64,000 nt of DNA from a virus, in IMG/VR virus record IMGVR_UViG_3300013233_000167, positions 1-64,000 of that record. One strand, written 5' to 3'. The notes beneath the pieces were generated by a model. The model was not told where the DNA came from. It did no database searches and worked only from the letters and a program-made list of their open reading frames with translations. The translations under genes and the position numbers were made by a program. Shown piece after piece: positions 47,148 through 56,483 of the stretch (the stretch's first letter is position 1; each line of letters opens with the position of its first letter).

Positions 47148-48665
47148 TTACTCCTCGTCTAGCAAAACCTTGTTAGTAATACGGTCAGATCTCCGACGCG
47201 CAACCTTCTTGCCAGCCTTCTTCTTCTTGAACCGCTTGCGCGCGCCCTTGCGCGTGATCCCCGCCTTGTCCTTGAGCCTCTTCGCGGTCTTCTTCCGCAC
47301 CGACGCAGCATCGACGGGCTTCGCGTAGTCGGCGCGCTTGTCGTCGATGCCGTCGAGCACCATCTTGGTTCCGGCCACGTCGTAGAGGCCAAGCGAACGC
47401 AGGCGGCACTGGTCGCGTTGGATCGCGCACTCAACGGTGCGGCCGTCCTCCTGGTTCCGCAGCGCAGCTCCGAACAACCGGCACTTGCGCTCGATGCGTT
47501 CGTCGTTCGACTGGCAGAACGCAATCGCAGCATCTACGATCGCCGCCTTCTCGAACGCCTCCGCGAAATCCTCGATGGTGATGATGTCCTTCTCCAACGC
47601 ACCACGGCTCGCCTGCGAACCAGTCCACAGCGCAGCGTTGTACTCACCGGCGAGCTGGCGGAGGTCTTCGTAGATGCCCGCTTGCTCGTGCCGCATCTCT
47701 CCGAGCCGTCGCTCGGGCTTCATAATGTCCGCGTAGTCCACGAGGATCAGGTCCGGGTGGAAGCCGCGTGCCGCGAGCAACGACAGGTGACTACGAATCT
47801 TCGACACCGATGCGCCGCGAGTCGGATAGTCCTTGACGAACAGTTGCCCGCGCACCGCGCGCCTCATGCGCTGTTCGAGACCGACGACGTAGCGTTCCAT
47901 GTCGGTCTTCTTGAACGCCACGCGGTCGCCCATGAGGCGGTCGTCGTAGCGGGCCGACACCTTGTCCTGACTCATCTCCAAGCTGTAGTGCGCGACCTTG
48001 TAGCGATGAACGGAGGTCAGCGCGCCGAACCCGAAGTTGATGAGCGTCGTGGACTTGCCGCGCTTGGGTGGCGCGAGCACCACGCCCATCTCGCCACGTC
48101 CGAGTCCTCCGTCCAGCATCGCGTCGAGATGCGGGATTCCGGTGCGGACCAGATCGGCCTCTTGAAGTTCCGGGTCACGGTAGCGCGCGAGGCGAGACGC
48201 CAACTCACCTCGGTAGTCCACGCCGATGTCGAGCAAGTCTTCCCCGACGAGCGCCGCCTCGTCGAACAGCGCTCGCAGGTCCCGGTCTCCCCGGTCAAGT
48301 TTGTCCGCTGCCTTGAGGGTCGCGTTGACGAGCGCCTGTTGCTTGCCGAACTCAATCAGCTTGAGCAGCACAGCCTGTGCATCGCTAACGTCCTCCTTGT
48401 AGAGCCGATCGAGCGTGCGCCGAACGCTCGGGAAGTCGTCCTCCGAGACCTGATCCTTGACCTCCTCGATCAACGTCGGCTGCTGGGGGAGCTTCGCGTG
48501 CTCATCGACGTGAACGAACAGCACCTCCGCGATCGTGCGCAGAGCGTCCGAGCTGTAGAACGTGTGGTCAAGCGCACTGCGATAGCGCAGCACCCCGCCG
48601 GGGATGCGCGTCAGGACCGCGAGCGAGTGTCTCTGGAAGGCATCTCCGAATTCGTAGCTACCCAT
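47148..48665 (-). CDS. replicative helicase (DnaB/gp41-like)
   Basis: TGIPHLD, APPKRGKS, SLEMS, VDYAD, QASR. Confidence 0.93.
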   Translation of the reverse strand: MGSYEFGDAFQRHSLAVLTRIPGGVLRYRSALDHTFYSSDALRTIAEVLFVHVDEHAKLPQQPTLIEEVKDQVSEDDFPSVRRTLDRLYKEDVSDAQAVLLKLIEFGKQQALVNATLKAADKLDRGDRDLRALFDEAALVGEDLLDIGVDYRGELASRLARYRDPELQEADLVRTGIPHLDAMLDGGLGRGEMGVVLAPPKRGKSTTLINFGFGALTSVHRYKVAHYSLEMSQDKVSARYDDRLMGDRVAFKKTDMERYVVGLEQRMRRAVRGQLFVKDYPTRGASVSKIRSHLSLLAARGFHPDLILVDYADIMKPERRLGEMRHEQAGIYEDLRQLAGEYNAALWTGSQASRGALEKDIITIEDFAEAFEKAAIVDAAIAFCQSNDERIERKCRLFGAALRNQEDGRTVECAIQRDQCRLRSLGLYDVAGTKMVLDGIDDKRADYAKPVDAASVRKKTAKRLKDKAGITRKGARKRFKKKKAGKKVARRRSDRITNKVLLDEE

Positions 48666-49587
48666 GCCAACGCACCCCCTCGACCCCTCTCAAGTCGCTG
48701 GACGCTGGGTCCAGGATCGACAGCGGGAAGAGTCTGGCGAGCAGTTGCGCGAGGCTATCCCAGGTGAACGGGCGGGCTCCGATGCGAAACGCTAGGTCAT
48801 GTTCGTACGACTCCGCGACCGCACACGCGGCCTTCATGCGCACGAGGTTCTTTTCGGTGCGCAATCGCAGCGACCCAAACTGTGCACTCAGCTCAGCGAA
48901 GAGTTTCGCGCGTCTCCCCTGTCCCTGCGCTTCGACGGCCAGCCACTCCATGCACGGCTTCGCCTCCGCGATCGCCTCCTGCCAGTCGGCCGCACCGTCG
49001 GCCACGTACGCGCGCACGTACGCGAGTCCAACCTCGAACTCAGCGAGGTAGAGATTCTGCCGCAAGTCCGCGAGCAACGTGCCGCTCGTCTGTCCGGTGT
49101 GTCGCTGTTGACGGAAGCGCCGCGACTGTTTGCCCTGGTAGGCGTAGTAGCGACGCAGTGCGTTTTCACCTTGCAGGTGAAGCGGTTGGAAGCCGATCTC
49201 TCGATTCTTCTCGACCCACGGTTTCATCGCCCACATGTTACCGGCGATGTAGGTCGCAACGTCAATGTCGTGTGCGAGCAAGTAAGACTCGACGGCGACG
49301 AACGAGTCGGAGTTGCGAGCTGATCGAGTGCGACGCGAACGTGTTCCAAGGATCTCTCGGTGCAGTCGGTCGTAGATCTCTTGGATCGTTTCGTCGCGGG
49401 GCGCGGCGATGGTCTCTTCGAGTTCCGCGATCTGCTCAGGCAGAGACCGGCGCGTACCCCAACGCACTGCAACGGGCTCGCATTGAACCCGGACTTCGCA
49501 CCGCTTGCACCCGAGGTCTTTGGAATCGTACTCCACGCCGAAACAGCGAGGCACTCCGTCGGGCGACGGTACGGGGGTTTTCTTCAC
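48658..49587 (-). CDS. hypothetical protein with N-terminal Cys motif (possible helicase loader)
   Basis: PRCFG...CKRC....C; lies between the two helicases. Confidence 0.6.
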   Translation of the reverse strand: MKKTPVPSPDGVPRCFGVEYDSKDLGCKRCEVRVQCEPVAVRWGTRRSLPEQIAELEETIAAPRDETIQEIYDRLHREILGTRSRRTRSARNSDSFVAVESYLLAHDIDVATYIAGNMWAMKPWVEKNREIGFQPLHLQGENALRRYYAYQGKQSRRFRQQRHTGQTSGTLLADLRQNLYLAEFEVGLAYVRAYVADGAADWQEAIAEAKPCMEWLAVEAQGQGRRAKLFAELSAQFGSLRLRTEKNLVRMKAACAVAESYEHDLAFRIGARPFTWDSLAQLLARLFPLSILDPASSDLRGVEGVRWHG

Positions 49588-49680
49588 ACGCGCTCATCGT
49601 TGTGGAGGTCAATTCGATCATCACGCCCCGAGGTGTATCTACAGCCGGGGGGGCGCGTCAAGAGCATGTGAAGTTTTTCT

Positions 49681-51276
49681 TCACGCAACTTCTTCGTCCC
49701 ACCGCTCGAACGGCAAGTCCAACGGCGCGTCCTTGTGCGCAGGCCAGTCCGTCCAGACCAGCACCTCGTAGCCCTCACCCTCCCAAGCATCAGCGCGCTT
49801 GGCCGCGTGCTCGCGCAGCGTGTCGTCGCACGTAGGCACGAAGTCAATCACCCACACGTCCTTGGTGTCGGCGCGCATTCCACGACCGATGCGCTGGCGG
49901 GAGTTCGTGTTGGCCGCCACACCTTCAGCGAGCACGATACCGTTGATGCCCGGGATGTCTTCACCCTCGTCCCAGATTCCAGTTGCGAGCACGAGCTTCA
50001 CGGTGCCGTTGCTCAGCGACTCCTTGGCGTGCGCACGGTCTGAGTTGTCACTCGCACCCCACACGCCGATGAACTCCGTGCCAGACTCTTCAAGCAGTGC
50101 GGCCAAGATGTCGAAGTGCTCTTTGTATCGACACATGAGCAGCGTCTTACGTCCGTGGTAAATCATCCACTGCGCCGCGCGCACCACGGCTGCGTTGTGC
50201 TGCTCGTTCTGCATGATGCCGAGCCTGTACGCGATGCGATACTTGTTCGGCTCTGGTGCTTTCTTCGACGTGCGCTTGAGCTTGCGCTTCTTATCGTCGC
50301 GCTCACGCATCTGCTCGGCTTCGTGCTCCACCTCGTCTTCGATATCTGGACCACTCACCGCGTCGCTCATCACCATGATAATCTTCGGCTTCGCGGCCAG
50401 CCCTGCTTCGATGAGTCCATCGGCCGCAACGTCAAACAAGATCGGACCCGTCGCACCGATCAACTTCATGTCTTCGATCTCGATGTCCTTCAACGGCGTG
50501 CCGCTGAATCCGTAACGACGTTGCGCGCCGGAGTTCATGGCGATGTCGTACCACATCGTTGAGGACGAGTGATGCGACTCGTCGAGGAACATCACCTCGT
50601 ACGTCTTGACGAGTTCGCGCAACCACGGATCAGCGGGAACCATGCCGCGCTTCTTCGTGCGCGTTGACTTCCAACGCTGCAACGTCTGTCCAGTAGCGAC
50701 GACGATGTTGCCTTCGATGCGTTTGCCATCGCCCGCCATCCCGACGGTGATCCAATCGTCGAAGTATTCACACGCACGCTCGTACATCTGGTTCAGCAGA
50801 CCCTTCTTCGGCACGAGGATGAGTGAACGCCACTGCTTCGTCTCCCACAAAAAACTCGCGGCCGTAAAGATCATCTCCGACTTGCCCGATCCAGTTGGAG
50901 ATTTTATGACGCCACGCTTATGCGCGAGCATCGCGTGCACGGCGTCCCATTGATGATCCCACAACCCGATGCCGGGTAACCAGCCGCGTTCGAGCGACGA
51001 GAGGTCAAATGACTTCTTGTCGTCGAATCCGCTGACAAAGACTTCGCGGTCGAGATCGTGCAGGTGGTCCACGACGCGCTGCGTGAGTCCGGCTGGGAAG
51101 CGGTTGGTGCCTCGCTCGAACAGCCGCACCATGCCGTCCCAACGCTTCTCCCGGTACGCCTTTGAGTACCACGGCTTCGGGTGCTTGAAGGCGAGACACG
51201 ACTCCAGCGTGTTCTCCGGCGCGTTGTGGAGTTCAGCCCACGCGCCTCTGACGTAGATGGCTGCTCTGCGCTTCAT
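49681..51276 (-). CDS. SF2 helicase, UvsW-like
   Basis: WDGMVRLF, PTGSGKS, DESHH, SGT, QRIGRGMR. Confidence 0.92.
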   Translation of the reverse strand: MKRRAAIYVRGAWAELHNAPENTLESCLAFKHPKPWYSKAYREKRWDGMVRLFERGTNRFPAGLTQRVVDHLHDLDREVFVSGFDDKKSFDLSSLERGWLPGIGLWDHQWDAVHAMLAHKRGVIKSPTGSGKSEMIFTAASFLWETKQWRSLILVPKKGLLNQMYERACEYFDDWITVGMAGDGKRIEGNIVVATGQTLQRWKSTRTKKRGMVPADPWLRELVKTYEVMFLDESHHSSSTMWYDIAMNSGAQRRYGFSGTPLKDIEIEDMKLIGATGPILFDVAADGLIEAGLAAKPKIIMVMSDAVSGPDIEDEVEHEAEQMRERDDKKRKLKRTSKKAPEPNKYRIAYRLGIMQNEQHNAAVVRAAQWMIYHGRKTLLMCRYKEHFDILAALLEESGTEFIGVWGASDNSDRAHAKESLSNGTVKLVLATGIWDEGEDIPGINGIVLAEGVAANTNSRQRIGRGMRADTKDVWVIDFVPTCDDTLREHAAKRADAWEGEGYEVLVWTDWPAHKDAPLDLPFERWDEEVA

Positions 51277-51429
51277 AGTCTCCCGTTCGACCGCTGGCCG
51301 AGGTGCCGGATGAGGAACCGCCCTCGACCCCCAAGGGCTCGTGAGTCCCGGAGGCCAAGGGCAGCGGGTCCCGCTCGGGTGTGATGACCTGCGAACCTTG
51401 GCGCGCGTAGATCCCCAAGCGAGGTGACC

Positions 51430-51456
51430 ATCTTAGCACACCGGATCCCCGGTCAA
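51430..51456 (-). promoter_or_regulatory. candidate sigma70-type promoter for the replication operon
   Basis: TTGACC-N15-TAAGAT with extended -10 (TGc); the spacer is short. Confidence 0.4.
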
Positions 51457-51743
51457 CCCCTGCCGACTCGGGAAAACAAGCCTGCCGTTCTCGAACCGAG
51501 CGCACAACCCGGGGCGTGGGGGGTTTGGGGGGTTGGCCTCTCTGGACGCTGGGTCCACGAAGCGGCGAAGCCGTCTTCGGCGAGGAGGCTTCCCTCCAGG
51601 GAAGCCGAACTCCGGAGATTTCGGACCGTCTCGGCCGGGATATTTCATAAGCGTACCTCAATCTATAGCATCGTCCATTCGTCCTTTGGTCCAGAGGACG
51701 ACAGTAGGTAACGATAAGAAGGGGCCGCTTAGACGAAGGGCGC

Positions 51744-51788
51744 GCTATGCTCCCTATGCTCGCTATGCTCGCTATGCTCGCTATGCTC
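51744..51788. repeat. 9-bp tandem repeat x5 (GCTATGCTC)
   Basis: Read directly; one copy has a single mismatch; lies in a 625-bp gap. Confidence 0.9.
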
Positions 51789-51901
51789 GGAACGCGCGCG
51801 CGTGCCAAGTCATCTGAGTCCCGTCAACCCCAAGATGTAGTGGGGTTGGTTCACGCGAGCCACAAGAGCGCCGAATGCCCAAGACGCTGCTTCGAGGACG
51901 T

Positions 51902-52570
51902 TCATGTTGCAGTATTCGCCCTCATCCGCGCGGCCTCAAAGCAACGCCCCACGTCCGCGAATGATAGCAGTTGACCATGCACGTCCCACCCAACATCGAG
52001 TGCATTCGGCCGTTCCTTATGCTTCCCATGCGAGTGTCCGTGCAGTAGCAGCGTTCCGCTCGACTGACCCGGCCACTCCTCGTTAGAGACTTCCGGGAAA
52101 TGACGCATGAAGACTTGCTTGCCGTCGATGCGCAGATCCAGCCCGACGTATTCGTTCATCGTCTGAGGTACAAAGCTGACATGATCGGGGAGCTTACCCT
52201 GACGCGCAAGCTTGCGGAGAACCGTATCGTCATGGTTGCCTCCTATCAGGATAACCTGAAAACCTGACAGTCTACGCAGGGTTTCGATAGCCTTCGTGAC
52301 GCCGACATGAAAAAGTAGATCTCCGATAGAGTACACGATGTCTCGTCGGCCCACAGTGTCGCACCACTGCTCCAACAGTGCGGAGTTCATCTGATCGACA
52401 GTCTCCCAACAGTCAGCTCGTGACGAACCGTGGTCGGGATGCAGAATGCCCTCATGGCAAAAGTGATGATCCGCCGTGAACCACACGTTGTCGGGTTGGA
52501 AGTCAAGAGCAAGCACGGTGTTCGTCGGGGTAAGGCTCGCGCCGCCATCGAATCGGATTCCGAACCCCAT
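51902..52570 (-). CDS. calcineurin-like metallophosphoesterase
   Basis: ADHHFCH, GDL, GNHD, HFP, HGHSH, DVGWD. Confidence 0.9.
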   Translation of the reverse strand: MGFGIRFDGGASLTPTNTVLALDFQPDNVWFTADHHFCHEGILHPDHGSSRADCWETVDQMNSALLEQWCDTVGRRDIVYSIGDLLFHVGVTKAIETLRRLSGFQVILIGGNHDDTVLRKLARQGKLPDHVSFVPQTMNEYVGLDLRIDGKQVFMRHFPEVSNEEWPGQSSGTLLLHGHSHGKHKERPNALDVGWDVHGQLLSFADVGRCFEAARMRANTAT

Positions 52571-52632
52571 CCCAAGGGTAAGCGGTCCCTGGTTATGACG
52601 ACGACGCGAGTACGGTACGAGTACGGTCGATT

Positions 52633-54957
52633 CTACTTATCTTCGGTGCGAAGAAAATAATCACGGAGCGCCTGCTTTCGTGCGTCCTCAGTACGCAGGC
52701 GCGCGTACGCGAGGAGCCGGTTGAACCGGGCGAAGTCACGGTCGCGCTTCTCCGCGATCCGATCCACCGGCATCTCTGCGGCCAGATCAGCGCGCCACTT
52801 GATGATTTTTACCGAGAGCCCCGCGACTGCCTTCCCGATGTTCAGTACGGCCTTACGATTGCCCTGGAGCGACTCAAGCGCGCGCGTCACGTAGTAGGTG
52901 GTGAGTCCCGACTGCTCCTTGAGTGCCGTCTTGTTGATCCACACTTCGAGCACGTTGGTCTTCTCGGTCGCATACGCGGGCTCGACGCAGCTCTCCGAGA
53001 ACGTGCGCCAGACGTGCACTATCTGCGGCTTCGCTTTACCGGGCTCCTCGATGGCTTGGCGGAGCGCCTCACGATCGACGGTGATCGGCACGCCTTCCTT
53101 GATGGAGCGGCGTTCGAGCAGACCCGCCGAGTGTAGTCGGTTCAGGATGACGCCCACTTGATCGGGGCTCAGTGCCGAGACCTTCTTGGCCGTGATCTCC
53201 TGCGAGAGTGCGTTGCGGTTCGTACGCATCGACTGACCGGGTTGCAGCATGGCGTGCAAGTGCTCCCACACGAGTTGGTAATGCTGCCACGGAGGGTTCT
53301 CGTTCTCGATCAGACGCATCTGCCACTCAGCCGAGCCTTGGTCGCCAAGCAGAATCGTCTCCGACACCTGACCGTCACGACCCGCGCGACCGATCTGCTG
53401 CGTGTAGTCCTCCAACGACCCAGGGAAGCCAAACAGCACGACGGTACGGATGTCTGGCACGTCGATGCCCATGCCGAACGCCGTGGTGGCGCACACGATG
53501 CGCGCACGCCCATTCTCGTCCGCGAAGTCGTCCTGAACTTCAATGCGCCTCTTGTCCGGCAGGCCCGCGTGGTACGCGACCGCGATGCCGTCGCCGTGGA
53601 TGTCCTCGCAGATCTCCGCCAGTTTGTGCGATCCGTTGCGCGACGAGCAGTAGACGAGGTGACGACCACCGCGCACGTCCATGTCGCGCGCTAGGCGGCG
53701 GAAAGTGCTCCACGAGTTGTTGTAGCCGCCGTCAATACCGCCGTCCTCGATCAAGTAGCGGAGGTTGTGACGAATCGGATCATCGACGAGGATCGTGACC
53801 TCTTCGCGGTCGAGCCCTAGCGACTGCACGATGTCTTCGACAACGATAGGAGTCGCGGTAGCCGTCATGGCGAGCACCTGGGGCCGCTCCTTTCCGTCGC
53901 TCAGCGAACGGATCAGTCGGTGGATGTGCATGTAGTCGGGACGGAACTGGTGCCCCCACTGTGAGCAGTTCGCTACGAGGATGCCTTCCGCGAAGTAGTT
54001 GTGATCGCCTTCGACCGTGAGCGAATACACGCGCGGACCGTCTTCGCCACCTCCGCCGCGTCTTCTAGGATCGCTTGCGATGAGAGTCTCAACACCAACC
54101 ACCCGAGACGCTTCAACTTGCGATCGCGCTTCCGGTCGAGTCGCGCCAGTGTCTCGGCTCGTTGAGCATCCGCGTAGCAAGTCTTGTCGCAGTAGCGCGC
54201 CTTCTCCCGAGCCCTTCTTGACGAGAGCTTCTTTCGGCAGTGCTCGCAACGCTTCATCACCGACCTCAACGTCTTTCGCTTCAACATAGCCTCGATGCTC
54301 CAACCAGATCTTATGGTCGCCCGTCACGTCCAAGACTCTCCCGTCAGCGAACCGCAAGCGAAAGAGTCCTCGACCTCCGACGCGAACAACTGCGTCGTTC
54401 AAAACACAACGTTTGACTTGCCTGCCGTCGCGGTCGCAAGCCACTACGAGGTCACCAACGTGCAACGTCTCGATCGCAACCTCGCCGTTCGGTGTACGCA
54501 CGCGAGTACCTGCCGGATGGCAACAATGCGCTTCATCGACTGCCACGATCGAAACGTCGGCTCGTTGGATGGTCGTAAGAAAGCTCCGCGCACCGATGCG
54601 CTCTGGTGAGATGTAAAGCAGCTTCGTCGAGCCGTTCACGAATCCCTCGACCGCATCCCACTGCTCGTCGTCGTCCATGATGGAGTTGATGCACGCGGCC
54701 GGGATGCCGCGCGACACCGCGTCGTCCACCTGATCCTTCATAAGCGCGATCAGCGGCGATACCACGATCGTCCCGCCTTCCTCCAGGAGTGCGGGAAGTT
54801 GGTACAGCAGAGACTTGCCGGTGCCGGTCGGCAGTACAGCGAGCACGTCGTCTCCTTCGCCGATACACGTCATCGCAGCGCGTTGGCTCTTGCGGAAGGA
54901 TTGGTAGCCCCACCGCGCGCGCAGCACTTCTCGCGCTTCGTCGAGTGTAAACATCAC
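52633..54957 (-). CDS. recQ: RecQ helicase with intein
   Basis: WGYQSFR, LPTGTGKSLLYQLPA, SPLIALMKDQV, DEAHC/CSQWGHQFRP, TATA, YHAGL, AFGMGID, QQIGRAGRDG. Confidence 0.95.
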   Translation of the reverse strand: MMFTLDEAREVLRARWGYQSFRKSQRAAMTCIGEGDDVLAVLPTGTGKSLLYQLPALLEEGGTIVVSPLIALMKDQVDDAVSRGIPAACINSIMDDDEQWDAVEGFVNGSTKLLYISPERIGARSFLTTIQRADVSIVAVDEAHCCHPAGTRVRTPNGEVAIETLHVGDLVVACDRDGRQVKRCVLNDAVVRVGGRGLFRLRFADGRVLDVTGDHKIWLEHRGYVEAKDVEVGDEALRALPKEALVKKGSGEGALLRQDLLRGCSTSRDTGATRPEARSQVEASRVVGVETLIASDPRRRGGGGEDGPRVYSLTVEGDHNYFAEGILVANCSQWGHQFRPDYMHIHRLIRSLSDGKERPQVLAMTATATPIVVEDIVQSLGLDREEVTILVDDPIRHNLRYLIEDGGIDGGYNNSWSTFRRLARDMDVRGGRHLVYCSSRNGSHKLAEICEDIHGDGIAVAYHAGLPDKRRIEVQDDFADENGRARIVCATTAFGMGIDVPDIRTVVLFGFPGSLEDYTQQIGRAGRDGQVSETILLGDQGSAEWQMRLIENENPPWQHYQLVWEHLHAMLQPGQSMRTNRNALSQEITAKKVSALSPDQVGVILNRLHSAGLLERRSIKEGVPITVDREALRQAIEEPGKAKPQIVHVWRTFSESCVEPAYATEKTNVLEVWINKTALKEQSGLTTYYVTRALESLQGNRKAVLNIGKAVAGLSVKIIKWRADLAAEMPVDRIAEKRDRDFARFNRLLAYARLRTEDARKQALRDYFLRTEDK
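53968..54522 (-). mobile_element. mini-intein (185 aa) just after the RecQ DEAH motif
   Basis: DEAHC|CHPAGTRV...VTGDHKI...VYSLTVEGDHNYFAEGILVAN|CSQWGH. Confidence 0.93.
53973..54257 (-). CDS. out-of-frame ORF nested in the RecQ intein: Zn finger plus truncated Vsr/DUF559-like endonuclease
   Basis: MKRCEHC...YCDKTC then DRKRDRKLKRLGWLVLRL...I; GAGG 6 nt before ATG. Confidence 0.7.
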   Translation of the reverse strand: MKRCEHCRKKLSSRRAREKARYCDKTCYADAQRAETLARLDRKRDRKLKRLGWLVLRLSSQAILEDAAEVAKTVRACIRSRSKAITTTSRKASS

Positions 54958-55325
54958 GCCCCCGTCTCTTTCGGAATCTCTTCTTCGACTCCATCACGAA
55001 CGCACACAATCTTCACGCCGCCCATCTGTACGTTGCGAAGGAGTTTGGCACCCTCTGCAAGCGTCAACGGATCAGCGTCGTAATCGAGGCTCGTGTACGG
55101 CGTGCTCGCGGTCATCACACCCAAGCAGTCGAGCCACGCCCACGCCTCGTCCACGTCCTCGCAAGGCTGCGCCTTCTGCGCTGACTTGACTAGCGGAATG
55201 ACCACCTGCGCTGCGCCGTCTTCCCGAGAACTAAACACACCTTCCGCCAGCGTCGGCAAACCCGCCAAGTAGAACCAAAGGCCGTTGAAATTCAGCTTCA
55301 CATAGTAATTGTTGGTTTTCATCAT
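54954..55325 (-). CDS. hypothetical protein
   Basis: Coupled ORF. Confidence 0.6.
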   Translation of the reverse strand: MMKTNNYYVKLNFNGLWFYLAGLPTLAEGVFSSREDGAAQVVIPLVKSAQKAQPCEDVDEAWAWLDCLGVMTASTPYTSLDYDADPLTLAEGAKLLRNVQMGGVKIVCVRDGVEEEIPKETGA

Positions 55326-56005
55326 TTTTCATACCTCTTCGCTACGTTGTCGCGCCCCATCTGGCGGAGGCGTTCATAATCCTTCGTGAGTTTCAATGTA
55401 TGTGCCTTCGAGACCACACTCTTGACCGACCGCCTAACCTGTTGCGCGATCTCATAGTTCGACGCCAACGGATACATCTCGATCAACACGGACACCGAGC
55501 GCAGATCCCAACGCGGCATTTCGGTGTGCGCATCGCCGCGCTTACGAAGGAACGCCTTGTCCTTCGCTAGATACAGCCGCTTTGCGGTATCGACGATGAA
55601 CTCAAGCGTTCTCCCAAAAATAGCAGTCATGTCAGCATCCGTTCGCGCACCGTACACTCTCTTGAATTCTACAAGCTCTGCGTTCGACAACGGCGTCGAT
55701 GTCTTCGTTCGGTTGCGTAGCCTACCGATAGCGGCCGTCACATCTTTCTGGGTACGTCGCAGGATCACCGCGATCTGCTCCGTGGTCGCCACGCCGAGAA
55801 AGCTCTGGAGCTGCACCCTCTCCTGTTTTGACCAGCGCCCTTTGACGCGCGCACCTTGAAATAAAAACTGCACCCGTTTTTCAAGCGCGGGTCTCGTTCG
55901 CTGCATCTGACGCGCCAGTTGCGCTAACGGAAGTCGTGCGTACTTGCGCCGAATCATCTGGTCTTCCACGACAGAAAACCTACCCCTCTTTTTAGACATG
56001 CTCAT
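55322..56005 (-). CDS. tandem Myb/SANT-like HTH repeat protein
   Basis: Four repeats of the type (F/W)S..E...L...Y.......IA....R....V. Confidence 0.7.
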   Translation of the reverse strand: MSMSKKRGRFSVVEDQMIRRKYARLPLAQLARQMQRTRPALEKRVQFLFQGARVKGRWSKQERVQLQSFLGVATTEQIAVILRRTQKDVTAAIGRLRNRTKTSTPLSNAELVEFKRVYGARTDADMTAIFGRTLEFIVDTAKRLYLAKDKAFLRKRGDAHTEMPRWDLRSVSVLIEMYPLASNYEIAQQVRRSVKSVVSKAHTLKLTKDYERLRQMGRDNVAKRYEK

Positions 56006-56096
56006 AGCAAACAGCCGGTAGAAAAACACTCGAATCGGCCCATCAGCCAACCGATTCGAGTACGTATGGGTCAACGGCGAAGCGTCAGGGCTCGCG

Positions 56097-56483
56097 TCAC
56101 AGTTGGTCAATGACCGCGTTGTTATGATGCTTCTTCTTGTGCCACTTCTTGCCGATCGTGATCCAATCCCCGTTGGGATTTTGCCACTGGACGACCGACT
56201 TGCTGCCCAAGTCCACGATTCGATAACCCTCGTTCCCGACAGTTGTTACCGGACAGTCGGCACATCCTCCCGAGAAGTCTGGCGTGCCTTGCGTCGTTAC
56301 TCCGCTATTCGTGCCCTCGGTAAACGTCACTTTCAGGTTTCCGGTCGTCTGCGCCTCCAACGTCACGGTAACGGTGTGCGTTCCCGTGGCATTACTCCAC
56401 GTAGAGTTGTTCATCACGCCTGCCGCAAGGGCGGCCAAAGAAAGCGCAACGAAGGCTGCTAATCTAAGGATCCAATTTTTCAT
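56097..56483 (-). CDS. putative secreted protein
   Basis: Signal peptide MKNWILRLAAFVALSLAALAA; Thr/Gly-rich beta composition. Confidence 0.7.
   Translation of the reverse strand: MKNWILRLAAFVALSLAALAAGVMNNSTWSNATGTHTVTVTLEAQTTGNLKVTFTEGTNSGVTTQGTPDFSGGCADCPVTTVGNEGYRIVDLGSKSVVQWQNPNGDWITIGKKWHKKKHHNNAVIDQL

Noticed and set aside
51233-51808. 191-aa ORF as a replication initiator
   Set aside because: Low-complexity Arg/Pro/Ser composition, TTG start without RBS, no HTH
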